A DNA stretch of 64,000 nucleotides, from positions 4,216,001 to 4,280,000 of the forward strand of contig OX597838.1 of assembly GCA_951406725.2 (NCBI GenBank), written 5' to 3'. The notes under the pieces are model-generated. The model was given only the letters and a program-made list of their open reading frames with translations. It did not search any database and was not told the DNA's origin. Origin of the DNA: Octopus vulgaris (taxonomy: Eukaryota). The stretch's first letter is position 1; every line of letters starts with the position of its first letter. Below are positions 12,522-25,330 of the stretch, in pieces. Position numbers and translations under genes: made by a program.

Positions 12522-12755
12522 AGGCGGCGAGCTGGCAGAAACGTTGGTGCGTCGGGCGAAATGCTTAGCAGTATTTCGTCTGCAGTTACGTTGTGAGTTC
12601 AAATTCCGCCGAGGTCGACTTTGCCTTTCATCCTTTCAGGGTCGATTAAATAAGTACCAGTTATGCACTGGGGTCGAAATAATCGACTTAATACCTATGT
12701 CTGTCCTTGTTTGTCCCCTCTATGTTTAGTCCCCTGTGGGTAATAAAGAAATAAG
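12522..12755 (+). mobile_element. Nin/Meta-domain-like tRNA-derived SINE with TSD
   Basis: ggcggcgagctggcagaa...gagttcaaattcc B box...gtcgactttgcctttcatcc; TSD taatcttgtgattgta on both sides. Same family at 13145-13365, 15157-15570, 30112-30333, 39420-39650 (+) and 57285-57850, 59280-59418 (-). Confidence 0.88.
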
Positions 12756-13704
12756 TAATCTTGTGATTGTAAGTGCAACATTGCAACCACTAGGCTGTAT
12801 GCCTTCATCTCTCCACCCCATCAGACACCCTCTCTCTCTCTTTCGGAGAGGCACATGCACCTACACGCACATATACACACACGGCAGTAACTTCCACCTA
12901 CCGAATTCAATCACAAAGCTCCGGTCGGCTCGGGGCTATAGTGGAAGACGCCTACCCAAAGTGCCACGCAGTGGGACTGAACCCGAAACCATGTAGCTAG
13001 GAAGCAAGCTCCCTAATACATATGAATGTATACAGAGTGGCCCAAAAGTAGCACCGGTGAAACACTGGGGTTGATGTAATCAACTGGTCCCTACCTCCAA
13101 AATTTCAGGCCTTGTGCCTATAATAGAAAGGATTATTATTATTTAGGTGGTGAGCTGTCAGACTCATTAGCACATTGGGTAAAATGCTTAGCGACATATT
13201 GTCTGTCTTTACATTCTGAGTTCAAATTCTGCTGAGGTTGACTTTGCCTTTCATCCTTTCGGGCAGGGTCAATGAAATAAGTACCAGTTGAATTCTGGGG
13301 GTCGATGTAATCATCTCACCCCCACCCCCATGTTGCTGGCTTTGTGCCAAAATTTGAAACCAATATTGTGAGAGACAATTAGTCTGTCTCCCTGATTGAT
13401 CTCATCAATAATGATTTGAACCAACGAGGGAGCCTCTAGGTGGTTCTCTGGTATACTAGAAATAGCAGCTGCCAAGACACATCTCACTCATATTACTGTT
13501 TTAAAAAGGAAAGAAAGGCACATTGGATAATGTACTCCGAGATGGATGGTTTGAATGATATCATCTGGTCCCTCCACCTCTCCTTTCTTTCTTTCCCTCC
13601 TCCCCATTGAGATTGGTATGATTGGAATATCTTTGATCATAGTCCTGCTGGATCGGGTGGGGGAGTGGGGGGGAGTGCCACAATCAATAGTGGCTACCAC
13701 CACA

Positions 13705-13972
13705 ATGACTGCTGCTGCTGCTGCTGCTAGCATGACTGCAACTACTGCAACAACAACAATGGCAACTACTACTACTACTACTACTACCACCACTACTACC
13801 ACCACTACCACCACCACTACCACCACCACTACTACTACATCACTGCTGCTACCACCACCACCCATTACTACTACTACCATCACCAATTACTACTACTACT
13901 ACTACCACCACCATTACTACTACTACTACTACCACCACCACCACCACTACCACTGCTGCTGCTACTACTACA
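13705..13972. repeat. (ACT/ACC/GCT)n trinucleotide block
   Basis: Direct reading; explains the poly-T/Y/H ORF. Confidence 0.9.
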
Positions 13973-14635
13973 ACCCAGAGCTAAGTGTGGTGCTTTTTAA
14001 ATGGTAAAGAGTTATTTCCTGCAAGCCTGATCTTAAAAGAATCGCAGAGGCACACAATGTCACAGCCGGCCCAAGGGTGGGGGGAGTTTGTGAAATTTTT
14101 CATTTTCCGAAATATACTTTCTTTCCTTGTTCCTTAAACCGCTTCTCTTTTGATCCATTGAATTTCAAGACACAGTTCTCAGTCGCAGACAAAGACCATT
14201 CTTTAATAAAGGAATTTGTTTTTCCTTTTCTTTTTTTTTGTGCCTTGTTTCCACAAAACAAAGAATTCCACATCACACACACACACACACTCCATAAACC
14301 CCTCCCCTACATACACTTCCTTACTACATACGTCACACCGGTACCCCCCCTCCCCATACACACACACCACATAACTTACCACTTTATACCATATCACTGT
14401 TACCATCACAACTATTCTCAACCTGTTCCCGCCTCCCCGTCCCCCGCTGTTCCCCAACCTTTCTTAATTACCATTCTTCTTTTCCAGACTCTTTGATTTT
14501 TCTGCAGCAGTTGCAGTCAAACGCTTTGGTGTGTCGCTCCATCGGCAAATGTGTGGGTGAGGCTGCGCTCTGGGGTTGTAGAGTTTGGACACCGTCAAGT
14601 GTGTGTGTGTGTGTGACTAGGAATATGTAGACTTC

Positions 14636-14990
14636 TTCAGTATAAGAAGCGCTACAAAGATAGTCTCAAGGTCTCTCTCAAAGACTTCTCCATCGGAACA
14701 GAGACCTGGGAGACACTTGCTGCCAACCGCTCATCCTGGCGCAGCACAATCACCGTGGGAGCAGGGACAGCCGAGGAGGGATGGATTCGGTCAGCGGAGC
14801 AGAAACGTCAGATGCGTAAAGCCAGAGCCGCCTGCACCAGTAGCACGGCCCCTACCCACTTCTGCCCCACCTGTGGGAGGGGCTTCCTTGCCCGGATTGG
14901 CCTCACCAGCCACTTCCGGACTCATGGCGCTAGTTCCATCAGATAATGTCAGTTGGTCATCTTCGAACCGAAGGACGAACATTATTATTA
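14636..14990 (+). mobile_element. RTE (BovB-like) LINE 3' fragment
   Basis: KKRYKDSLKVSLKDFSIGTETWETLAANRSSWRS...CPTCGRGFLARIGLTSHFRTH (C-terminal C2H2), short 3' UTR and (ATT)n tail. Confidence 0.85.
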
Positions 14991-16344
14991 TGCAACTGCA
15001 TTGCAAGCATCTGCATGTAGGTGCATGCTTGCAAGCATGTGCTGGTTTGCATGTTGCATGAGAGTGTCTTACCTTTTACTTGTTTCACTCGGTGGACTAC
15101 GGCCATGCTGGGGCACTGCCTTGAAGGACTTCGGTCAACGAATCGACCCTAGAGAAAGGCGGTGAGCTGGCAGAATTCTTAGCATGCCAGGCGAAATGCT
15201 TAGCGGTATTTCGTCTGCCGTTACATTCTGAGTTCAAATTCCACCGAGGTCGACTTTGCCTTTCATCCTTTCGGGGTCGATTAGATAAGTACCAGTTACG
15301 CACTGGGGTCAATATAATCGACTTAATCTGTTTGTCTGTCCTTGTTTGTCCTCTCTGTGTTTAGCCCCTTGTGGGTAGTAAAGAAATAGGTATTTCGTCT
15401 GAGTTCAAATTCCGCCGAGGTTGACTTTGACTTTTATCCTTTTGGAGTCAATAAATTAAGTATAAATACCAGTTATGCACTGGGGTCGATGTAATCAACT
15501 TAATACCTTCGTCTGTCCTTGTTTGTCCCCTCTATGTTTAGCCCCTTGTGGGCAACAATGAAATATAAAGAAATAAGAAATAGGAATTGACCCCAGTTCT
15601 TATATTTTTAAGCCTCGTTCTTATTCTGTTGGTCTGTTTTGCCAAACTGCTACGTACTGGGGATGTAAACACACCAACACCAATTGTTAAACAGTAGGCA
15701 ACACACACACACACAGACGATGGGCTTCTTTCAGTTTCCATCTAGCAAATCCGCTCACAAGTCTTTGGTCGGCCCAAGGCTATATAGTAGAAGACACTTG
15801 CCATGCAGTGAGATTGAACAGGGAGCCATGTGGCCAAGAAGGAAACCACACAGCCATGTCTGTACACGTATATGTATTATAGATGTTAAACAGCATTATT
15901 TTAATTTAATGCTTATGCTATTTTATTTGAAGCCTGACCAGTTTCTGCAAAAATCAGCAGATGTTTTGTTGCCGATTTCTGTATCGGAATGTAAGAATTC
16001 TGACTTAGCTCAGGAGGGCTCGGCAGGTATTCATCCCTGAGGAGCTTGAATAAAGCCAAAACACTGGTGTCTGACAATCTACTGATGCCATTCTGAGTGA
16101 GGGCTGTATTTTTAGCACACAATAACTTGAGAAATGTCTCAAGACAAAATAGTTACAGCTAGTAAATACTATGCACATGGTCTTTTATGCTCACACATTT
16201 ACATGTGTGTGTGTGTGTGTGTGTGTATTTAACTGAAGCACAGTGACTCAAGGTCTAAGAGTTTTGTGCTAAATATTAATAAAAATACATGTATACTCAT
16301 ATTTTGAGTTCTATTTTCCTATTTGCATCAACATCTGTGTCTCT

Positions 16345-16372
16345 GTGTGTGTGTACATACATATATATATAA

Positions 16373-16442
<70 letters not shown>

Positions 16443-16586
16443 GAACTGTATATATGTACATATGTGTGTGTCTATGTATATGTATGTATGTATGTATATA
16501 TATATATGTATGAACATATACTTATATTATTATATATATATATATATAAGGAACTATATATATACGTGTCTGTGTGTGTATGTATG

Positions 16587-16622
<36 letters not shown>

Positions 16623-16740
16623 ATAGCATATACTTATATATTATTATATATATAAGGAACTATATATGTACGTGTGTCTGTATATGTATATATATATATA
16701 TATATATTAGGAACTGCATATATGTACACGTGTGTGTCTG

Positions 16741-16782
<42 letters not shown>

Positions 16783-16870
16783 GAACTGCATATATGTACA
16801 CGTGTGTGTCTATATATTTATATATATGTATGAACATATGCTTATATATTGTTTATATATATATATGATA
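16345..16870. repeat. TA/TG microsatellite-based tandem array
   Basis: Five aggaact(g/a)..tatat(g)tac anchors separated by variable (TA)n. Confidence 0.85.
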
Positions 16871-17689
16871 TAATCTGTGCATATGGTTATATCTGGATGT
16901 CATCGCCTCCACTGCCACCACCACCCTCCTCGCCACAACCATCATTATCATTTGGAGAAGCTCTACAGTGCGAAACAAACCATACGTTTGTCGACACAGA
17001 TATCAATAAATTTGCTCTCTCTCTCACACACACACACACGCGTACATGTTGTGTGTGTGTGTAAGTGGGTGGGTGGGGATTGTGGTAATCTATTTCTGAA
17101 TTTAACGATGGGCTTTTTATCTCCCCCATGAACACACACACACACACATACATACATGTACACACATGCACACGTATATATATTTATTTATATAAAATTC
17201 TTCGAAAATTCCTCGAAAGTATAAATAAAATATAAACGGAAAAGTGTAAACAATGACAAAAAAAAAATAGACTACTGAACAACGTTCGCCATCTGCAATT
17301 GTTTTTTTGCCTTTCTTTTATTTTTATTTACTTCTATGAATATTTTTTTTGTTGTATTTTTGCAAATTATTTTGAAACCGTTTGATGTTTGTTAGACTTG
17401 CGGCTGTCTTAGAAAAGATGCGATGACGACTCGGCTGCTGCTGCTGCTGCTTGCAGTTACCGATGATAATGATGGTATTGGCGATGGTGGGGACTGTTAT
17501 AATGTGTGTGTGGTAGTGGGGAGGAGGGATGCAAGCCTTTCCTTCTTCTTCTTCTTCTTCTTCTTTTGTCGCTCCCTCACCGTTTCATCAACTCTTCCCA
17601 TTCTAAGAGAACTGCATCGTTGCAGAAGTTTAGAAAAGAAATGTGATGGGGATTGTCTGGTTAAAGAGGGGAGACACAGCTCTTCCATC

Positions 17690-18030
17690 TCCCTCTCTCT
17701 TCCACATCTCTCTCTCTCTTTATCTTTCACATCTGTATCTCTCTTTCACATCTCTCTCTCTTTCCCATCTCTCTCTCTTTCCCATCTCTCTCTCTCTTTC
17801 ACATCTCTCTCTCTCTTTCACATCTCTCTCTCTCTTTCACATCTCTCTCTCTTTCACATCTCTCTCTCTTTCACATCTCTCTCTCTTTCACATCTCTCTC
17901 TCTTTCACATCTCTCTCTCTTTCCCCTCTCTCTCTTTCCCATCTGTCTCTCTCTCTTTCCCATCTGTCTCTCTCTCTCTCTATCTCTCTCTCTCTTTCCC
18001 ATCTCTCTCTCTCTTCCCCATCTCTCTCTC
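17690..18030. repeat. (CT)n-based minisatellite (tttcacatctctctctc unit)
   Basis: Direct reading. Confidence 0.9.
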
Positions 18031-18300
18031 TTTTTTGGTGCTGTTTGCATTTTGTGTAAGGTTTTGGTATTAAGGATAGAGGTGTGTGCAAGGGAAAGGA
18101 TTAGAATGAGAAAAGAAAGGGTCAGCCAGAGAGAGAGAGAGACTGAGGGAGGAGAGAGAGAGACTGAGGGAGGAAAGAGAGAGAGTGAGAGAGAATGTGG
18201 GTCAAAGTGATGGATAGATCGATATGTAATTGTGTGTGGCGTGTGGGGGAGGATTAGTGTGTCTGCAATGTGCACTTGTGATGGAATGATATACACCACA

Positions 18301-18372
<72 letters not shown>

Positions 18373-19149
18373 ATGCATGGAATGTGAGGCATAGCGTCAC
18401 ATGTGACCTTGTCATATATTGAATGTGCCGCCTGTCAAATACGGAAAAAAATATTTCTATGCCAACTTACATGAGGCACACGATACACGTGTGTGCGTGT
18501 GTGTGTGTGTGTGTGCATGTGTGTGTGTGTGTGTGTGTGTGTGTGGATGGCAAAATCGGTGCAGTGTTAGGCTGGCACAACATACACAAGTGTGCCTCTG
18601 AACCCCACCCCCCTCCCCTCCCCGACCCCCACCCAACCCAACTTTGTTTCCTCATCACATTCAGAAAAATGGGTGTTTTTTCAAAGAAATCTTTGTATGA
18701 CTACCTCTCAGATGGTTGTAGATTGGGATTTTATCAGAATTTAATGTGCTATGATAAAAAGAAATAAAAAAAAAAAAAAAACTGGTAGATGCGTGCACAA
18801 ATATCTGCTGATACGCATCGCACACACAAACACACACACACACACACATCTACAAAAGGAATCTTGAAATTTTGAAAAAAACAATTGTGATGTGTGTCAG
18901 TATGTACACGTGTGTATTTGTGTGTGTGTGTTTGTGTGCATCTGTCAGTTTTTTTTGTTTTTTTTTTGCACATGAAATTCTGATATAATCAGTATTATTA
19001 CACCATCTGAAAGATATTTGTAGAAAATTTCATTTCAAAATACTCATTTTCCTGAAAGTTTTGAGGGGCCATAATTTGTTCATGACTATGCAGTAGTGAT
19101 TTGAAACCGCATTGCTTGGTAGCATGTCAGAGACATCACACTCAAACCA

Positions 19150-19333
19150 CAGTACCGTAAATCCTCGAGTATCATCCGCATTTTTTCCCCAAAATTTAAA
19201 GGTCAAAATCCCTAGTGCGTACTATATATGAGGTTAAAAATGAAAAATATTTTCTAAGCAATGTCTGAGTCCCTATTTGCTGTCCGGCAATGTTTATTCA
19301 GATGCATTTATTTGGGGCTGCCTCATCCAAAGT
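19150..19333. mobile_element. pogo/Tigger-like MITE fragment
   Basis: Begins taccgtaaatcctcgagtat, a pogo-type TIR. Related elements at 27272-27445 (taccatattttaacacgtat...atacacgttaaaatacagta) and ~40515-40715. Confidence 0.55.
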
Positions 19334-19540
19334 ACTCTTTACTCTCTTTTACTCTTTTACTTGTTTGTCATTTGACTGCGGCCATGCTGGAGCACCGCCT
19401 TTAGTCGAGCAAATCAACCCTGGGACATATTCTTTGTAAGCCCAGTACTTATTCTATTGATCTCTTTTGCCGAACCGCTAAATGACGGGGACGTAAACAC
19501 ACCAGCATCGGTTGTCAAGCAATGCTAGTGGGACAAACAC

Positions 19541-19600
<60 letters not shown>

Positions 19601-19762
19601 GACAGGCTTCTTTCAGTTTCCGTCTACCAAATCCACTCACAAGGCATTGGTCGGCCCGGGGCTATAGCAGAAGACACTTGCCCAAGGTGCCACACAGTGG
19701 GACTGAACCCGGAACCATGTGGTTGGTTAGCAAGTTACTTACCACACAGCCACTCCTGCGCC
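19334..19762 (-). mobile_element. Full-length CORE-type SINE flanked by a 107-bp direct repeat
   Basis: Runs from aggcgcaggagtggctgtgtgg to the (gtaaaaga)n tail; flanks 19227-19333 and 19763-19869. Confidence 0.9.
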
Positions 19763-20099
19763 TATGAGGTTAAAAATGAAAAATATTTTCTAAGCAATGT
19801 CTGAGTCCCTATTTGCTGTCTGGCAATGTTTATTCAGATGCATTTATTTGGGGCTGCTTCATCCAAAGTTCGCCACTTATTTTTAAAAAACAAAAACAAA
19901 GGATCAGAGGCTGTGTCTTCCTTTGCAAGAAAGAACCATAAAACATGTTCTTCAAGCCAAGCCAAGCCTACCAGCTAGAGACTTGGGGAAGAACAAGATG
20001 GTCCATAGTCCCAATTTGTCTCACTTGAGAAATTCTGCCAGAAAATTTAATGATGGTTACTTCTGATAGGACCCTATGGAGGAGACACCCGACAATTCT

Positions 20100-20300
20100 A
20101 TCCCCATGACTGGCAGGAATCTAAGAATAGACCAAGAATGAAATGGTTGGATAATATTCATAGTGTTGGTCATGTTTGGGAATCCAACCAGAAAATGTAA
20201 TGGTGACTGCTTCTGGTAGGACCCTGTGAAGAGGGTGCCTGAGGAATCTACCCCTTCAACCTTTCCAGGGATAGTGGCCATTTGTAACGCGACTGCTAAC
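20100..20300 (+). mobile_element. Old LINE 3' end fragment (RPRMKWLDNI-type), dispersed
   Basis: Similar segments at ~33890-34080 (+) and ~52560-52800 (-). Confidence 0.5.
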
Positions 20301-21434
20301 CATAGACATATTTTGCCACCATCACCATCACCACCACAACCCACCACCACCACCACTGCCCCCTACTACATCTTCCATCACCAGCAGCTTCACGCCTCCC
20401 ATTATCATCCTCTTCACATGCTCCGTCTCCATGCACCATTGACTTCAAACATCATCACCACCACCACCACCACCATCACCACACTGACGTCTCTTACTGT
20501 CTCTATCTCTCTCTCTTTCTCTTTCATGTCTGACAACCCTTACCCAGAAGGTATCCATTAATATTTTCACTGTTTGTTCATTCTATCCTTAATGTTGTTG
20601 TTGTCGTTACCATATTGATTTATAACCGCCTCGATGATGTCATTATGCACAGTGATCACTGCACCAATATTGTCTTATCCAAAGTATTATTGTCACCACG
20701 ACCACCACCACTGCTGCCACCACCACCATGATGCACAGTTATCAATGCATCAAATACTATCATCATCATCATCATCACAACTTCCACTTTTCTATGCTTG
20801 CATCCGTGAGACAGAATTTGTCGAGATGGATATTTCTACAGCCGGATGCCCTTCCCATTGCTAACCCTCACCCATTTCCAAATACAGTCATATTCCCCCC
20901 CCCGCCAATAACTCGACATCATTTTCAATGAAGATTGAAGATAAAAGACACCGCTTACATGAAGGTGACATTCGTTTACAGTCATCCTTCGCAGTCAAGG
21001 GTTGGCAAAAGTAAGAGCATCCTGGCTGAGAAAACCTGCTTCAGTAAATTCCATCCAACCTATGCACGCGTGGAAAAGTGGATTTTAACTAACGATGACG
21101 AGGAATCGCTCACCTCTTTTATTACTGCACATTGTTTTGCTTTCTAAGTATGCAACTTGTCACTCTGCACCGTCAGTCTCACTGCACCCATTATGTGGTG
21201 TGTAAATATTTCGGCACTCTTTCGTTTTAAGTATCAAATGTGTCAAACTTTTGCCAGCTGATTTCTGTGAGAAATCTTTTAAAAAGCATGTTCAGTATCT
21301 AAGTGAAGAATTTTGAATTTCCTATTGCGAAGACAGGTAAAAACTACATTTTAGTAATGAAGAATTGTTACTTGTATAACATACGGGCTGTAATAAGCAA
21401 TGTATTTCAGGGTATAGTCATCATTATCACCATC

Positions 21435-21750
21435 ATCATCATCGTTTAACGTCCGTTTTCCATGCTAGCATGGGTTGGACGGTTCGACCGGGGTCTGGGA
21501 AGCCAGGAGGCTGCACCGGGCTCCAGTCTGATCTGGCAGTGTTTCTACAGCTAGATGCCCTTCCTTACGCCAACCACTCCGTGAGTGTAGTGGGTGCTTT
21601 TTACATTCCACTGGTACAGGGGCCAGAGGAGGCTGGCAACGGCTACGATTGGTTGGTGCTTTTTACGTGCCACCGGCACGGAAGCCAGCCAAGGTGGTGC
21701 TGGCATCGGCCACTTTTGGATGGTGCTTTTGACATGCCACCGGCACGGGT
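21435..21750 (-). mobile_element. Third abundant short retroposon family (ggttggcgttaggaagggcatccagctgtagaaac core, (GAT)n tail, internal gtgccggtggcacgtaaaaagcacc repeats)
   Basis: Near-identical copies at 3465-3820, 36117-36390, 40170-40435, 62012-62380, 63750-64000 (same orientation) and 25655-25985, 41250-41510, 47070-47270, 51570-51770 (opposite). Confidence 0.8.
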
Positions 21751-23727
21751 ATCACAACTACAATTTCCATTTGATTTTTATTTTGATGTTGATGTACTTG
21801 ACTCAACAGGTCTCCTCAAGCACAGCAGGTCACCCCGGAAGCATTTATAAAACTTGTTTAGAGATTTTTAGAGATCACAGCAGAAAATGTAAATGTGGAG
21901 AAATTTTAAAAATTAGAAGAATTGAAAACACAACATTGTTCTTGGCAATTTATGGAAAATCTATTTATTTTTTACATTTGTGCATTTATTTTTGCAAAAT
22001 TTCTGATATGAAATTGTCTCTTGAACCAGATATTGTTATATTTCGGGGTGACCACTTTTTTTTTTTTTTTTTTGGCCAAATAAACATACGCTTTATACAA
22101 TCGTTCTTCACTTTAGATTTATTTTATAATTGTTCTTATTTTATGTCCTATGTTTGGAAATCTTTCACCACATGACCTGTGACCTCTTCGTGGGCTAAAC
22201 AGAACAGGAGGAGACATGAGATGAAGAGTCGCTGAAGAGGTCGCAGGATGGGTGACGAAGGATTTTCCGACACAGATGAAATAAGAACAATAATGAAATG
22301 AATCTGAAATGAAGAATGAATATCTAGGGCCTATGATTATTTGGCAACAAAAAAAAAATGACCAATATTATTTAATTTTTTAATATATTTTTGTTTTTGG
22401 CAACGTCTTTCATGTGTATATATTTGTATGTATGACTGTATGTGTGTGTTTAGTAATCTCCAGCTCAAGAAAGACATTGCCAAGCTGAAAAATATATAAA
22501 AGACATAATTTTACCATAAACTACTAAGATTGATGTCCTGTGATAGGAAATCAACGGACTCAAGTTTGACTCTTGCCATACATAAAACGGGAAAATGGTG
22601 AAATATTTCAATATTATTACCATCAAATTCCGTTGCTACTGCACCAGTTTATTTCATAAATATCAAAATGTTATCTCCACCCATTGTCATCGCTGTTTTA
22701 TAAATATCAAAGCATCACATTTTGCACTGGTATCACCACTCTGCCAATATTAACCATTTTACTATGGAAATCAGATGCATCCGCTCCAAATTTCATTGCA
22801 GGATGTCATATTTGAAACCATTTTTTTGTTCAGATATGTTGAGTTCTTTGAAGCCAGAGGACTTGCAGAAAAAACACCAATTCTATATGTTTTGGTAGAT
22901 ATTTAACATCAATACTGGAATAACCGTGAAGTTTAATTTCACGGTGAAAGGGTTAAAATTAGTTAATTACAATATAAAGAGAATAAGGAATGTCATCAAT
23001 GTCGTAATCAACTTCGTTAGTGCAATCAGCGTCATCATTGTTGTTGTTGTTATTGGTTAACCGTTTCACTGCGAAAATCAGATATATTCACTCAAAATTT
23101 AATTACCCTTAACTTAACAAAAGCAGTTTTATATATCAATCTATCTTTTGTTGAGGTTCCATGCAGTGGGACTGAACCCAGAACCATGTGGTTGGTAAGC
23201 AAGCTACTTACCACACAGCCACTCCTATGCCAATATTAATCTTATATTAAATTGATATCTTCATCTTTGTCGTTTATTTTACTCTGTGAATGTGTATAAG
23301 AACTCATAAACCGGTCAATGGGTGCTGTCCCTCCCCACCACTCCTGACAAAGCCAAAAGACAAATTATTATACATGTAAAAAATAATTTGCTTGAAAGTT
23401 TCTGTAATTTAATTAATAAACCTTTCTCAGTTCATTATTCTGATTGTGATATAATTAATTTAAAGGGGGCGAGCTGGCAGAAACGTTAGCTCTCTGGGTA
23501 AGACGCTTAGTAACATTTTGTGTGCCTTTGTGCTCATTTCAAATTCTGTCAAGGCTGACTTTGTCTTTCATCCTTTCAGAGACGATAAAATAAGTACTGT
23601 TTGAGTATTGGTGCCAATGTAATTGGCTTATCCTCTCTCTCTCTCTGGAGATTGCTGGCCTTGTGCCAAAATTTGAAATCATTATTATAATTAATTTCAT
23701 TTTAAAATTTTATTTCATTTGTTACAG

Positions 23728-24087
23728 GAAGTGGATATTTTGTGGTCACCCCGGACACCTATCGAGTTCCTTTGGGTGAGAACTCCTTTGCTGTGCCCTG
23801 GTCCCCTTATAAACAGTTTTACATTCCCATGGTGCCACCTCCCAAAGCGCAAGTTCGTTCGATATCATGTCAGACATCAAGCAGTGCAAACGACATCAAG
23901 AAGGCTTCAAGCAACACCAAACCTCAGCGCAGTCAAAGTGCAAGGGCGTCTCGCAATCGCTACAGAAAAAGCGCCCACGAGCACATACGGCGAAGTGCAT
24001 CGTTGAAGTTTAAGTCTGACAAGACTCTGGGTTCTACGAAGGACATTAACCTCAAGAACAGCAACATCAATCAAGACAAGAACAAAG
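23728..24087 (+). CDS. STOX: STOX-like gene, next coding exon
   Basis: ttacAG|GAAGTGGATAT...AACAAAG|GTaagt, 360 nt, phase 1-1. Continues in frame as (G)SGYFVVTPDTYRVP..., equivalent to the STOX GYFIVTPQTY motif that ends the winged helix. Confidence 0.92.
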
Positions 24088-24489
24088 GTAAGTATCATTA
24101 AATGATGCTGTATTTTTATATAATGGAAACTGTGTGGCTCACATGATTTGGGGTTCAGTCCCGCAGTGTGGCACCTTGGGCAAGTGTCTTCTACTATAGC
24201 TTCAGGCCGACCAAAGCCTTGTGAGTGGATTTGGTTGAAGGAAACTGAAAGAAGCTCATGATGTGTGCTTGTGTGTTTGCATATCTCCACCACTTGAGAA
24301 CTGGTGTTAGTTTGTTTACATCCCTGTAACTTAAATGTTCAGCAAAAGAAACTGATAGAATAAGTACCAGGTTTAAAAAATAAGGACTGGGGTCAATTTA
24401 TTCAACTAAACCCTTAAGGTGGAGCCCCATTATGGTTGCAATCCAATGACTGTACACTCTGTAAAGTGGTTGGTGTTAGAAGGGGTATC

Positions 24490-24775
24490 AACTTGTTCTG
24501 CTAAGTCGGAGGCCTTGCAATGAGGATTATCCTCCACACTTCTCTTAAAGTGAAGGGTCCTGTCAGAGGGCCCTGGGTGAGGTGATGTGGACTCTTTCCT
24601 CTCGCTGGTGAATTCTACAATCAGAAACTGGAGAAAGCGGGATTCCAAGGTTTCCTGAAATTTTTTGTTGAGTCCACCTTCAGATTGACCCCTAATATGG
24701 CCTCTTTGAAATCCGGACAGTTCCAAGGTTTCTTTTGCATGTGTCATGATCAAACAGTCACATAAATATATCAAT
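24490..24775 (-). mobile_element. Tc1-like transposase N-terminal fragment
   Basis: MTHAKETLELSGFQRGHIRGQSEGG...SVEDNPHCKASDLAEQ resembles the Tc1 HTH start (ELS.F.RG.I). Confidence 0.6.
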
Positions 24776-24834
24776 TAATAAAAAATATATAAGTTAAAAT
24801 AAATGTGTGTGTGTATGTGTGTGTGTATGCATAC

Positions 24835-25053
24835 ACGAAAGGGTGCTGAAAAGTTCCTGGCTTTAAGGGTATCGTGAAAGGCCTGGTTGGAGTCCCAACC
24901 TTCTGAGTTCTTTTACGGGGCTTTGAAAAACTGAAGGACCAATGCAATAAGTGTGTGAATCTGAGAGGGGAATATGTTGAATAAAATCATGATTAACTGA
25001 TCCTCCTGTATTTTCTTTTACCTAAAGCCAGGAACTTTTCAGCACCCCCTCGT
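24835..25053 (+). mobile_element. Mariner-derived MITE
   Basis: TIRs gggtgctgaaaagttcctggcttta / taaagccaggaacttttcagcaccc. Interior encodes a mariner C-terminus, KDQCNKCVNLRGEYVE*. Confidence 0.85.
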
Positions 25054-25246
25054 GTGTGTGTGTGTGCAAAATTTAGATTCAGATAAATATGGTACTTAAG
25101 TTAAAGGCATCAGAATTTGGTATGGTTCTATCCATATAAATCAAATGGGGTGATTATAATCAAAATAAGCAACAAGGATATCCAATGTTGGCAAATGAAA
25201 TAAGTATAAAAATGTACATTGTCCATTTAATTAAAAAAATTGTATA

Positions 25247-25330
25247 TGTGGCTGAAGATTGCTTTACATTTTAAAACTGATGTAATACTTACATTGTTTA
25301 AATGAAGTAGCATGAAACGATTGTACTACA
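25247..25330 (+). ncRNA. Minimal type-I hammerhead ribozyme-like motif (Penelope-associated type), probably degenerate
   Basis: tgtgg-CTGAAGA-t-[long stem tgct..agca]-t-GAAAC-gatt-GTA-ctaca. Helix I pairs fully and core order is correct; the 10.1-11.1 pair is non-canonical. Confidence 0.6.

Noticed and set aside
13488-14007. Membrane-protein-like or mucin-like ORFs
   Set aside because: Dominated by trinucleotide repeats; no splice or homology support.
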